Position numbers and translations under genes: made by a program. From assembly GCA_965217775.1 (NCBI GenBank), contig CBDCJH010000002.1:128001-192000 (forward strand): a DNA stretch of 64,000 nt, given 5' to 3'. Below, piece after piece: positions 38,284-49,300 of this stretch (positions within the stretch are counted from its first letter, which is position 1; every line of letters starts with the position of its first letter). The stretch is from Acidobacteriota bacterium. GTDB lineage: Bacteria; Acidobacteriota; UBA6911; RPQK01; JAJDTT01. The notes below the pieces were generated by a model that was not told the DNA's origin, did not search any database, and saw only the letters and a list, made by a program, of their open reading frames with translations.

Positions 38284-40281
38284 CCCAGATTATTCATCAT
38301 GCAAACATAAAATGGGAAAGCGTTCCCGCCATGTCGAGTCGGATCAGAGGGTTACGGGATACCCACAGAAAAAGGTCGAGAGCCGCCGTGGGTGAAACGC
38401 TATCGTGGTTTTCGACTCCGCCTTAATCTTTGGGTTCAGAGGGGTCCGAAACCCTCGCATTTCCAAGGTTTTCTCCCCTTCCATGGGCGGCAAAAAGAGG
38501 CGGCGTGCCCGTCATTTGTGGTATAGTTATGGTGTTACAAAAACAACCACAATAAACGGAGCACGCCACGCCTGAGACGATACCGCAGATCCGGCCCTCA
38601 TTCAACCGATCCCTCCGCCTCGAGACCCGCCCCGAGTTGCTCAGTGCGGACACGGGCGCTCTGGTGCAACGGGAGCTGATGGATCGTAGCGGCCTCATCG
38701 ACTGGTTGACCGAGCGGTTGCACGATCCGCGACACCCGAGTTCGATCCGCTATCCGCTGTCGGATCTGCTGCGGACTCGACTCCTGCTGTTGGGGCAGGG
38801 CTGGCGCGACCAGTCTGACGCCGACCGCCTGCGTCAGGATCCGAGCTTGCGGGTGGCGAGCCAGACCCGTCGGGGCACGGCGGCCTTGGAGGAGGGCACC
38901 GGGCTGGCCTCACAGCCGACCTTGTCCCGACTACTGGACACGCTCAGCCGGAAGGAGAACCTTCCGGTCCTGCACCAGGCGGTGACGGAGTTGGCGTGCC
39001 GTCGGATCGAGATGATCGAAGGCCGGCGGCGAAGACGGGGGAAAAAGACCCCACGGAAGAAGAGACGGAAAAAGACGATGTACCTGGACGTGGACGGTCT
39101 CCCGGTCGAGGTCCATGGGCATCCCCCGGGAAGCGAATGGAACGGATACTATCGCCAGCGGATGTACCACGGGTTGGTGGCGAGTTGTGCCGAGACGGGG
39201 GACCTGATCGACGGGGAGATTTTTCCGGGAGCCAGCTACCTGGGGAAGAAGGCGCTGAAATTGACGCTCCGGGTGGTGGACCGCTGTCGGGGGCGTCTGT
39301 GCGGCTCGATGATCGTGCGGATGGAATGCGGGGTTCCCGGAGCCGGGGCTGCTGAAGGGGCTGGAGTCGAGAAGCGTGCCCTATATCGCTCGAATCCGCA
39401 AGAATGAGGTCCTGAACCGGATGGCGAAGCTCTACTTGACCCAACCGGCGGGGCGGTCCCCGAAAGCACCACCGAGGCTCTGGTTCCATGAGTTGACCTA
39501 CCAGGCGGGGACGTGGGATCGGGCGCGCCGGGTGGTGCTGGTGGTGCGGGAGCGACCGGGGGAGTTGTATCTGGATCATTTCTGGTTGCTGACGAGCCTG
39601 AGTCGGAAACGATACGAGGCTCAGGAGTTGCTGGCACAGTATCGAAAGCGGGGGAAGGCGGAAGGCCACATGGGGGAGTTGATGGACGTGCTCGATCCGG
39701 CCTTGTCCTCCGCGAGCCGGCCCAAGACGCACTATCGGGGCAAACCACTGAAGCCGGGAGCCAAGCCGGAAGCGAGGACCGAGGCCGGGGTTCGCCCCCA
39801 CAACGAAGTCTTGTTCCTGCTGAATCTGCTGGGGTACGAGATCCTGCACCTGGGTCGGGTGCTGATGGAGCAGGCGACGCGTCGGGGCTGGAGTCTGCGT
39901 CGTTTTCGTGAGCGGGTGTTGCGAGTGGCGTCTCGGGCGCTGCGCCAGGGGAGGCGATTGATTTTCGTCATCAGTCAAGGGGCGACAGACTGGAAGCGGT
40001 TGTGGAAGAGCCTGGCGCGGGTGTCCTGGGCGCCGGCATAGTGGACGGCGGAGGCATCGGGCCCGTGGAAGAGACCGAAACGGTGGGAATTTCTCACCGG
40101 AAAGTCAACCTGTCGGCGGATGACGGTCCCTCTGGCCGGTAAACGGTTTATGACTGGTTCAATCGTCCTGTTTTTGAGCCGATTCAGTCGAATCGACAGA
40201 GCTTCAAGAGAAACTGGGCTGCGACCGCACGAAAACGCCGGGTCGGAAGCCCTTATCAACATGTTCCATGAATAATCTGGG
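38284..40281 (+). mobile_element. IS1380-family insertion sequence
   Basis: Perfect 14-bp TIR cccagattattcat (38284-38297) / atgaataatctggg (40268-40281) around the transposase; no target duplication seen. Confidence 0.9.
38568..40041 (+). pseudogene. IS1380 transposase, frameshifted, ACG at expected start
   Basis: 'LSADTGA', 'LASQPTLSR', 'LDVD', 'YRKRGKAEGHMGEL' split over two ORFs; atggaatgcgggg near 39321 has one extra base relative to VRMDAG. Confidence 0.85.
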
Positions 40282-40569
40282 CGAAATCGCTGCCGCTGCC
40301 AACCCAACGACGATCGCGACGAAGACAGACAAGACCAATTGCAATTCATAGTATTTTGTCCACTGAGGATGCTCCCATATCAGGTTGAATATTAAGAGGA
40401 GCGCCGCCGTAGCCGCCTGTCCAATAGCGGTGAAGATTAGAGCCTGAATGACCTGGTCGAGCGTGCCGGGCTTGGGATGTGAGGTGAGCGAATAAAAGAT
40501 GGATGCCGCCAGAATACCCGGCAGAAGAAATACGAGTACGCCAATCACCTCACTGGATGTCCAACTCAT
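40282..40569 (-). pseudogene. DUF6338-like membrane protein truncated by IS1380
   Basis: 'VLVFLLPGILAASIFY' start, three hydrophobic segments; the frame enters the IS TIR after AAAIS; lower GC. Confidence 0.7.
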
Positions 40570-41014
40570 GCTCGCTTAACCTCAAGAGCTATGGCTTACG
40601 ACGCATCCCAGCGGTCGACGAAGGTCGATGACGATTCGTAAACAACACTAGCCACTTGTCAATATGGCGTATTCTATCAGTCGCCACGGCCAACACCCCG
40701 ATCGCACCAAATCGCTCAATGGCCTTGGAAAGGCCCTCGTCGCCGATGTGGGCTCAGACTTCGACAATTCGATGCCGCCGTTGTGCGAGCGGCTCGTCCA
40801 ACGGAAAAGGTTGTCATCCCACGTAACGGCAGGAGTTGAGAAGGCGCGAAGGAAATCGTATTTCTGCGGCTTTTCGGCGGGGGCATCCCTGCCCACTTGG
40901 TGCCGTCTCCATCTTGGTCTTGTGAGCTACAAGACCGACCGTCACTATAGAAGGCAATGGTGGTTCCGCCAGGGATCGCGAACCCAGTAGCTGACGGCGT
41001 CCGGAAGGAGACCG

Positions 41015-42106
41015 ATGATGCACGGAGCGTGGACTCTCAAATGGCTTGGGGTTGTCGTTTTTCTTCTGGCAACCGCAGCTTGGCCCCGTGGCGCCATCTT
41101 CGGCGGCGCGGGGATGGAGGGGGCAACCGTCGAACCGGTGCGGTTGATCTACGACACCGACATGGGAAACGACATCGACGACGCCCTGGCGCTCGGCGTC
41201 ATCCATGCGCTTCAGAGCCGGGGAGAATGCCGGTTGCTGGCGGTGACCGTCAGCAAGGACAATTTCTTTGCCGCCGCCTACTGCGATCTCCTCAACCACT
41301 TGTACGGGAGATCCGGGATTCCCATCGGGATAGTGCGAAACGGGCCGACACCGGAGGACGGCCGATACGTTCGCCAAGTCTGCGAGGCCAGGGATCAGGG
41401 CAGGCTGCGATATGCACGATCTCTCAAGCGTCCCGGCGACGTCGAGGAGGCCACCGCGTTGCTGCGGCGCACGTTGGCGAGTCAGCCCGATCATTCGGTG
41501 ACCGTGGTCCAGGTGGGTTTCTCCACCAACCTGGCCCGTCTGCTCGATTCTCCCCCCGACCGGTACTCCCCGCTTCAAGGAAAAGATCTGGCGGCCAGGA
41601 AGATCCGCCTGCTCTCCGTGGTGGCAGGCAGCTTCGGCCAACCTGGGCCGAAGGATGGGCGCGAGTACAATATCTACAAGGATCTGCCGTCCGCGCGGAA
41701 GCTTTTCGACGCTTGGCCCATGCCCATCGTTGTGAGCGCCTACGAGATCGGGGCGTCCATCCTCTACCCCGGAGAGCGCATGCGGCAAAGTGACGACGGC
41801 GCCGGGCGCCATCCCATCCGCGAGGCGTACCGGTTGTATGTCCCGAGCCTTCCCGACCGGCCGACCTGGGATCTGACCAGTGTCCTTTACGCAGTGCGCC
41901 CCGGCCGCGATTACTTCCGAGTCTCGGCACCGGGGGAGGTGATCCTTGATCCGGTAGGCCGAACCCGTTTCAAGCGGGGCGGCCACGGGCGCCATCGGCA
42001 TCTGAAGATCGATAATCGGCAGGTTCCGCGAATCCGTGAACTGCTTGTGGAACTGGTGGAGCATTCACCACAATCCGCGCTCGGTTCTCCGGCTCCGGTG
42101 CACTGA
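41015..42106 (+). CDS. Nucleoside hydrolase family protein, exported
   Basis: DTDMGNDIDD motif, 'GFSTNLA', 'EYNI', 'TWDLTSVLYAV'. Confidence 0.9.
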   Translation: MMHGAWTLKWLGVVVFLLATAAWPRGAIFGGAGMEGATVEPVRLIYDTDMGNDIDDALALGVIHALQSRGECRLLAVTVSKDNFFAAAYCDLLNHLYGRSGIPIGIVRNGPTPEDGRYVRQVCEARDQGRLRYARSLKRPGDVEEATALLRRTLASQPDHSVTVVQVGFSTNLARLLDSPPDRYSPLQGKDLAARKIRLLSVVAGSFGQPGPKDGREYNIYKDLPSARKLFDAWPMPIVVSAYEIGASILYPGERMRQSDDGAGRHPIREAYRLYVPSLPDRPTWDLTSVLYAVRPGRDYFRVSAPGEVILDPVGRTRFKRGGHGRHRHLKIDNRQVPRIRELLVELVEHSPQSALGSPAPVH

Positions 42107-42205
42107 AAAACGCCGGAGGCCCAGACGAAACATCAGAGATCCGGGGTAAACTGCCATCGAACGCTGTGGTTGGCGCTCACAGGTTTTTCTGGAGGAGATT
42201 GGGCC

Positions 42206-42514
42206 GTGATGAATTTCCGTTGTCTCAGCGCGTTGGCCTTTGTCGTCTGCCTGCTGCTGGCGGGCGGCTATACGGTAACCCTTACCGGGCAGGCTGCCGG
42301 CACCATGTCCATCGGCGAACCCATCCGGATCCAGGCACCTCTGGGGTTACCCCCCGTTCACGTATACGCAGACCATCCGACGACGGCCGAGTCCATCTCC
42401 CTGGGCCGCAGCCTCGACTACGACAAGAACTTCTCGCAGGAACGGAAGGAATTGGTGGCCTTTCCGGAGTCTCCGACCTGCGAGATCCCTCCCGCCGTGG
42501 GAGCACCCGTCTGA
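42206..42514 (+). pseudogene. Internally deleted di-haem cytochrome c peroxidase/MauG-like gene
   Basis: N-terminal 'PLGLPPV..ADHPTTAESISLGRSL.YDKNFS' joined directly to C-terminal 'QERKELVAF.ES.T.EIP'; no CxxCH left. Confidence 0.7.
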
Positions 42515-42777
42515 TCGAAGCTCGCGGAGGAGATGCCCGGGACACGGCAAAGCGCAGATTCCTGGAAGAGTTGGACAATTTCGTCCTCTTTCATCTGGGG
42601 TCGGACGCCCGGGTCGAAGTGAATTCGGGGGAAGATGGACTCACGATCGAGATCAGTCATCTTCGGGTGAGAAGTTTTCGTCTGGAGTTGTCCTGGGAGC
42701 GGGTCCAAGCCTTGGCCAGTGACGACGAGCTTCTGGAAGATTTCCTGCTCGACCAATTGACGATTCACCGGAGGTAG
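42511..42777 (+). CDS. Small hypothetical protein (start uncertain)
   Basis: Protein-like acidic/hydrophobic frame 'RRFLEELDNFVLFHLG...FLLDQLTIHRR'. Confidence 0.45.
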   Translation: MIEARGGDARDTAKRRFLEELDNFVLFHLGSDARVEVNSGEDGLTIEISHLRVRSFRLELSWERVQALASDDELLEDFLLDQLTIHRR

Positions 42778-42946
42778 TGCTCCGGCGCCGTCGCGCCACG
42801 TTTCCGTCCCGTCGAATGGCGGACTCGGACCGGTCAGAAGGCCACCAACCGCGCCGAGTGTTTTCCGCCACGAAACGATCATCGTCTCGTCTCCGGCGGA
42901 GATTCTGAGCATCGGAAAGGATCCAGGCACGCCGGTTGGGATCCAT

Positions 42947-43003
42947 TTGACAGTCGCTCCGATTTTTTTGTAGAACAATCGTACGTTTTAAACGATTGTT
43001 TCA
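42947..43003 (+). promoter_or_regulatory. Putative promoter and TetR operator
   Basis: TTGACA at 42947; inverted repeat AACAATCGT-N9-ACGATTGTT (42974-43000) in an AT-rich stretch. Confidence 0.6.
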
Positions 43004-43014
43004 CTTGGGGAGCC

Positions 43015-43671
43015 ATGCAGGGCACCAGATCCAGGATCCTGACGGCGGCGGAAGGGCTCTTTGCCGATCGGGGATTTTCCGCGACCTCGGTCCGCATGAT
43101 CACTTCTCGAGCCCAAGTGAACGTGGCCGCCATGCACTATCACTTCGGCTCCAAGGACCAACTCATTCAGGAGCTCTTCGCCCTTCGTCTGTCTCCTCTC
43201 AACCGGCAGCGTCTGGCACTCCTGGGCCGTTGTCACGTGGACGCGGACGGTGGGGTCCCCTCTCTGGAGAAGATCCTGGAGGCTTTTGTCAGACCGCCGG
43301 TGCAGTTGATCAGCGATCCGGAGAGAGGTGGCATGCGCTTCATGCAGCTCCTTTCGCGGGCTTTCAACTCGCCCGACGGAGCCATTCGGGAAATGATCTA
43401 CGTGCAGTTCGCCGAAGTGATCGAGCGTTTCTCCGGCGCCCTCGGCCCGAGGCTCCCGCACCTGTCCCGAGAAGAAGCGTTCTGGAGATTCCATTTCATG
43501 GTGGGGGCCATGTCCCATACCCTTCACGTGATCGCCGACTGGAAGAACCTGGAAAGCCTCTTTCTGGATGTTCCCGAACCTTCTCGGGTGGACCAGGTCG
43601 TCGATCGTCTGGTGACGTTTCTGGCAGCCGGATTTCGGACTCCGATTCCATCTCAGGAAGACAGCGGATGA
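43015..43671 (+). CDS. TetR/AcrR family regulator
   Basis: 'ILTAAEGLFADRGFSATSVRMI...VNVAAMHYHFGSKDQL' HTH. Confidence 0.95.
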   Translation: MQGTRSRILTAAEGLFADRGFSATSVRMITSRAQVNVAAMHYHFGSKDQLIQELFALRLSPLNRQRLALLGRCHVDADGGVPSLEKILEAFVRPPVQLISDPERGGMRFMQLLSRAFNSPDGAIREMIYVQFAEVIERFSGALGPRLPHLSREEAFWRFHFMVGAMSHTLHVIADWKNLESLFLDVPEPSRVDQVVDRLVTFLAAGFRTPIPSQEDSG

Positions 43672-45134
43672 GATCCACACTCCTTCTCTTGCTGGCCGTG
43701 CTCCTTCCGGGAGCCGCATGCGTCCGGACCGCGGCGCCACCCGAACGGCAGCCGAGCCTGCCGATTCCGGAAGGATGGGATTCGGAAGCGGCGGAGGAGG
43801 GAACGGTCGACGTCCATTGGTGGAAACAGTTTCAGGATCCGCAATTGGATGCGTTGATCGAGGAAACGCTCCGCCACAATCCTCAACTTCGGGCCGTCGC
43901 CGCCCGCTTGGAGACGGCCCTTATCGAGGCCCAGATCGCCGGTGCCGACCGGATTCCATCGGTTGGACTCAGCTTGAACGGGCGCCGTCAGCGGCAAAAC
44001 TTCATCGGTTTTCCCATCCCCGGTTTCGAGGGCCGGGTGCCGCGCGCCACCTTCACCAACCTGGGCGCCTCCCTGGACATCAACTGGGAGGCGGACCTCT
44101 GGGGAAGAATCCGCAGCGGCGAGATACAAACGGGTGCTCTCGCCTCCGCACATGCAGCGGATCTGGCGGCGACGAGGCATTCGCTGGCGGGCCAGACGGC
44201 CAAGGCTTGGTTCGCCTGCTCGGAGGCAAGTCTTCAGTTGGCTCTTGCCCGTGAGACGGTGGCCAGTTTTGAAGCGACCTCCCAATGGCTCCGAAACCGC
44301 TTCGAGGCGGGTCTCGGACCGGCCGTGGAAATCAGTCTGGTCCAGGCAGACATTTCTACCGCTGAATCTGCCGTCCATCTCCGCCGCGAGCAATTGGACC
44401 GCGGCATACGCCAAGTCGAACTCCTGGTCGGACGCTATCCTTACGGGGAGCTGCAAGTTCGGGAGAGCCTTCCCCAGGTTTCCTCCGGCGTTCCGGCCGG
44501 TGTCCCCTCCCAGCTTCTGACGCGCCGACCCGATCTCATCGCGGCGCAGCGGCGTCTGCTGGCCTCCGATGCCGGAATCGTCCAGGCTCAAACCGCCCTG
44601 CACCCTCGACTGAGTCTCACCACGGCCGGTGGAACGGCCACCAAATCGCTGTTGAGCCTGTTGAATGGGGACTACGCCGTCTGGAGCCTGCTGGGCAACC
44701 TGGTTCAGCCCCTCTTTCAGGGAGGGCGCCTCAAGCGTCAGGTCGACATTGCCCAGGGCCAGTCCCAGGAAATTCTGGAGACCTACGCTGGTGCTGTCCT
44801 GCAGGCCTTCGGCGAGGTTGAGACGGCCCTTTCGGTTGAAAGTTTCTTGCGAGATCGGCTGCGTGAACTGGAAAAATCAGTCGTGGAGGCCGAAACGGCC
44901 CGGGCCCAGGCCCAGTTTCGCTATCGCTATGGCCTGGGGGATATGCTGGTGGTGTTGCAGACGGATCGTCGGATCCTCAACTCCAAGAGTCAGATCCTGA
45001 CCCTGCAACGCCTGCTGCTGGAAAATCGGATCGATCTCCACTTGGCGCTGGGAGGCGGCTTTGAACCGGGCGCCCCGCCAAGTGCCCCGGGAGCACTTCT
45101 CCCGGTGACTCTCACCGGAGAGAATGGCAATTGA
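43668..45134 (+). CDS. RND outer-membrane factor lipoprotein (NodT/OprM family)
   Basis: Lipobox GAAC, 'WWKQFQDPQLDALI', 'WEADLWGRIR', 'LLTRRPDL', 'ALGGGF'. Confidence 0.93.
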   Translation: MRSTLLLLLAVLLPGAACVRTAAPPERQPSLPIPEGWDSEAAEEGTVDVHWWKQFQDPQLDALIEETLRHNPQLRAVAARLETALIEAQIAGADRIPSVGLSLNGRRQRQNFIGFPIPGFEGRVPRATFTNLGASLDINWEADLWGRIRSGEIQTGALASAHAADLAATRHSLAGQTAKAWFACSEASLQLALARETVASFEATSQWLRNRFEAGLGPAVEISLVQADISTAESAVHLRREQLDRGIRQVELLVGRYPYGELQVRESLPQVSSGVPAGVPSQLLTRRPDLIAAQRRLLASDAGIVQAQTALHPRLSLTTAGGTATKSLLSLLNGDYAVWSLLGNLVQPLFQGGRLKRQVDIAQGQSQEILETYAGAVLQAFGEVETALSVESFLRDRLRELEKSVVEAETARAQAQFRYRYGLGDMLVVLQTDRRILNSKSQILTLQRLLLENRIDLHLALGGGFEPGAPPSAPGALLPVTLTGENGN

Positions 45135-46318
45135 TCAAACTGCTCCTGAAGGTCTTGCTGCCCGTGGTGACTTTGGCCGTTGCCTCGACCTGGGCCTGGA
45201 AGATATTCAATGATCGGCCCGTGGTCGAGACCCGGCCTCCGGAGATTCCCGTTCCGGTGATCCGGGTCGTTCCCGTGAAACTTCAAACACTCCGCCTGAA
45301 GGTCATGTCCCAAGGGACCGTGGCTCCCCGAACCCAGACCACTTTGATTCCCGAGATTGTGGGCCGGGTCCTGGAAGTCTCCCCCTCTCTCGCGGACGGG
45401 GGGTTCTTCGAGGCGGGAGCTGAGCTTCTCAGGATCGACCCCACGGACTATCAACTGCAGGTGGTTCAGACCGAAGCCCAGATCGCGCAGGCTCAACTTT
45501 CTCTGGAGACGGAAGAGGCGCAAGCCGAGGTCGCCCGAAAAGAATGGGAGAGTCTGGGAGAAGGAGAGGCTCGGCCCCTGTTGCGGCGAGTGCCCCAGAT
45601 CGCTCGGGCCAAGGCCGCGCTTTCGTCGGCGCAAGCCGCTTTGGCCCAGGCCCAGCGAAATTTGGAGAAGACCAGGATCGCCGCTCCGTTCGCGGGGCGG
45701 GTCCTGCGAAAAAACGTGGACATTGGCCAATACGTGACCCCGGGAACTCCCGTGGCCACGATCTATTCCGTGGACCATGCCGAGATTCGGCTGCCGCTTC
45801 CCGACGAGGAGCTGGCCTATGTGGATCTGCCCCTCAGCTATCGCGGCGACGGCTCGGAGAAACGCCAACCCGTCGTCCTCTTGCGGGCCGAGTTCGGCCA
45901 GCGGCAACACTCATGGACCGGGAGAATCGTGCGGACCGATGGGACCATCGATCCTCAGACAAGGATGATCCACGCCATCGCTCAGGTGGCTGATCCTTAT
46001 GGCCGGGGCCCCGATCCGGACCGTCCCCCCCTCGCCGTGGGCATGTTCGTGGAAGCTGAAATCCAGGGCCATCGTCTGGAGAATGTCGTTACGCTGCCTC
46101 GGGCGGCTCTTCGAGGAGAGGATCAGGTGTTGGTCGTGGACTCCGAGTCCAGGCTCCGTTTCCGCGACGTGAACGTCGTGCGGTTGGAGCGGGAACAGGT
46201 CATCATCGATTTGGGTCTGGAAGAGGGAGAACTCGTTTCGCTGGCCACCCTGGCCACCGTTGTCGACGGGATGAAGGTCCAAATTCAGTTCGATTCCTGC
46301 CCCGAGGCTCTACCATGA
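45131..46318 (+). CDS. RND periplasmic adaptor (MFP)
   Basis: N-terminal TM, lipoyl-like halves 'GRV...G..L..ID' and 'IAAPFAGRV'. Confidence 0.93.
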   Translation: MIKLLLKVLLPVVTLAVASTWAWKIFNDRPVVETRPPEIPVPVIRVVPVKLQTLRLKVMSQGTVAPRTQTTLIPEIVGRVLEVSPSLADGGFFEAGAELLRIDPTDYQLQVVQTEAQIAQAQLSLETEEAQAEVARKEWESLGEGEARPLLRRVPQIARAKAALSSAQAALAQAQRNLEKTRIAAPFAGRVLRKNVDIGQYVTPGTPVATIYSVDHAEIRLPLPDEELAYVDLPLSYRGDGSEKRQPVVLLRAEFGQRQHSWTGRIVRTDGTIDPQTRMIHAIAQVADPYGRGPDPDRPPLAVGMFVEAEIQGHRLENVVTLPRAALRGEDQVLVVDSESRLRFRDVNVVRLEREQVIIDLGLEEGELVSLATLATVVDGMKVQIQFDSCPEALP

Positions 46319-49300
46319 AGAGACTCGTTTCCTGGTTTGCGTCCAACGGGGTCGTGGCCAACCTGCTGATGGTCGTGATCCTGGTCGGCGGCGCCCTCTC
46401 CGTTTCCGAGATTCGGAAGGAGGTCTTCCCCGAGTTCTCGGCCGACCTGATCAGCGTGTCGGTTCTCTACCCGGGCGCCGCGCCCGAGGAGGTCGAGGAG
46501 GGTATCTGTATCCGGGTCGAGGAGGCCATTCAGAGCCTTCCCGGAGTGAAGCGGATCACGTCGACGGCCTCCGAGGCCATGGGCATCGTGAACGTGGAAC
46601 TGCTGGAGGGGACCGACATCCGGGAACTCCTGGATGAGGTCAAGGCCCGGGTGGATGCTATCAGCACCTTTCCGGAGGAGGCCGAGCAGCCGGTCATCCA
46701 GGAGGTCATCGTCCGCACTCAGGTCATCAACGTGGCCGTCTCGGGACCGGCGGACGAACATACCCTCAAGCGGGTGGCAGAGCAGGTTCGGGACGAGGTC
46801 GTCTCCCTGCCCGGGATCACCCAGGCCGAATTGTCCAGCGCCCGCCCCTATGAAGTCTCCATCGAGGTCTCGGAGGAAGTCCTGCTCCGCCACGGCCTTT
46901 CTTTCGATCAGGTGGCGCAGGCCGTCCGCCGATCCTCCCTCGACCTGCCTGGGGGCTCGGTGAGGACCCAAGCCGGAGAGATCCTGCTGAGAACCAAGAG
47001 CCAGGCCTACGTGGGAGAGGAATTCCGGCAGTTGACTCTGCTCTCGAGACCGGACGGCACCCGGGTCCTTTTGGGAGACGTCGCCCGGGTGGTGGATGGA
47101 TTCGCCGAGACCGATCAGGCGGCCCGGTTCGACGGCCAGCCGGCCATTCTGGTCCAGGTCTTCCGAGTCGGGGGACAGAGCGCTCTGGAGATTGCCGCAG
47201 CCGTCCGCGAGTACGTCAAGCAGAAACAGCTACAGTTGCCGGAAGGGCTGACGCTGACCACTTGGAAGGACGACTCCCGCATCCTGCGGAGCCGGCTCGA
47301 CCTGCTGATCAAAAACGGACTGGCGGGGTTGGCGCTGGTGGTTCTGACTCTGACGTTGTTTCTGAGAGTCGGTCTGGCATTCTGGGTCAGCCTGGGCATC
47401 CCCATTTCCTTTCTGGGCTGCCTCATGGCATTGCCTCACCTGGACGTCTCCATCAACCTGATCTCCCTGTTCGCCTTCATCGTCGTCCTGGGAATTGTGG
47501 TGGACGACGCCATTGTCGTCGGCGAGAACATCTTTTCCCAATACGAGCAGGGGAAGCCCAAACTGCGGGCGGTCATCGACGGGACACAGGAGATGATGAT
47601 TCCCGTGTTCTTTGCAGTGGCGACCACGGTGGCTGCCTTCTCTCCGCTGCTGATGATCGAAGGCCCCACCGGGAAGATCATGCGGGTCATTCCCCTGGTG
47701 GTCCTGCCCACGCTGGTCTTTTCGCTGGTCGAGTCCCTGCTCATCCTGCCCTATCACCTCTCCCATCTGAGACGCTCCGAGAAACTGCGGAAACGGGGAG
47801 TGTCCGGGTTGTGGAACCGCTTCCAGGACCTGATCTCGCGACTGCTCAAGCGATTCGTCAAGCGAGTCTACGAACCCCTCCTGGGCTTGGCCGTCGAGTG
47901 GCGTTACCTGACGGCGGCCCTGGGGGTTTCCATTCTGGTGCTGGTCGTCGGCATGATTCTGGGTGGAAGAATCAAGTTCAATTTCTTCCCTCCGGTGGAG
48001 GCGGACAACGTCATGGCCTTCCTCACCATGCCTCAGGGCACTCCGGCCGAGATCACGGCCCGCGAGATGGAGAAAGTGGAGCGGGCCGCCACGCTGCTCC
48101 GGGAGGAGATCGACTCGTCCAGCCGGGGAGACGGCTCGTCCAGCGTCTTCCGTCATGTGCTGACTTCAGTGGGGGAACAGCCCACCCGCGTCATTCAGAA
48201 TCGGCACAATGGAGGCGTGTCCCGATTTTCCGGTGCTCACCTGGGAGAGGTGAACATCGAATTGGCGCCATCCGAAGAACGGCCCCTGTCCCAAGAGGGC
48301 AGACTCTTCAGCAGCACCGAAATCGGCAACCGTTGGCGGGAACTGACGGGAACCATCCCAGATGCCGTGGAACTCACCTTCTCGGCTTCACTCTTCGCCG
48401 CGGGAGCTCCCATCAACGTTCAGTTCTCCGGTCCCGACCTGGACCAACTGCAGGAGGCTGCACACAAGGTCAAGCTGAAATTGAACGAATATGCCGGGGT
48501 CTACGACATCGCCGATTCGTTCCGGGCAGGCAAGCAGGAAATCAAGCTCAAGATCCATCCGGCAGCGGAATCGCTGGGTCTGACCCAGTCGGACCTGGCC
48601 AGACAGGTGCGGCAAGCCTTCTACGGGGAGGAGGTCCAGCGAATTCAGCGGGGCCGGGACGAGGTCAAGATCATGGTCCGGTATCCTTCGGATCGGCGCC
48701 GTTCCCTGGGGCAGATGGAGGGGATGCGGATCCGGACCCCGGACGGCGGAGAGGTTCCCTTTTCAGTGGTGGCCGATTCCGAGCTGAGCCGCGGCTTCGC
48801 ATCCATCCGCCGGGTGGACCGGAATCGCTCCATCAGCGTGACCGCGGAAGTGGACACTCAACGGGCCAACTCCAATGAAATCCTGGCAGAAATGGAGAGT
48901 GACCACCTTCCCTCCCTGTTGCGGCAGTTTCCGGGCCTGACCTATTCGTTGGAGGGCGAGCAGGAGCAGCAGAGCGAGACGCTGGCCGGACTCGTCCAAG
49001 GCTTCGGCGTGGCTCTGGCCGCCATCTTTGTGTTGTTGGCCATACCTCTCCGCTCCTACTTTCAGCCCTTGCTCATCATGAGCGCGATTCCCTTCGGTCT
49101 GGTGGGGGCCTTTCTGGGTCACAAGATCTTGGGAATGGACCTGAGCATCCTCTCCGTGTTCGGCATTGTGGCCCTGGCCGGCGTAGTCGTGAACGACAGC
49201 TTGATTCTGGTCGATTACGTCAACCGGCAACGGCGTGCCGGAGTCCCACTCCGAGAGTCGATCCTGACGGCCGGGTCGGCTCGGTTCCGACCCATCTTCC

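Noticed and set aside
38201-38395. 64-aa ORF
   Set aside because: Crosses the IS1380 left end, so it is a chance fusion frame.
35512-40580. Integron interpretation (TA cassettes; GTTAAGC just upstream of the ATG at 40569)
   Set aside because: No integrase and no paired RYYYAAC...GTTRRRY attC structure found; a single 7-mer is not enough.
42996-43667. 712-aa extended outer-membrane factor ORF
   Set aside because: The extension overlaps the TetR gene; the true start is the ATG at 43668 with a lipoprotein signal.
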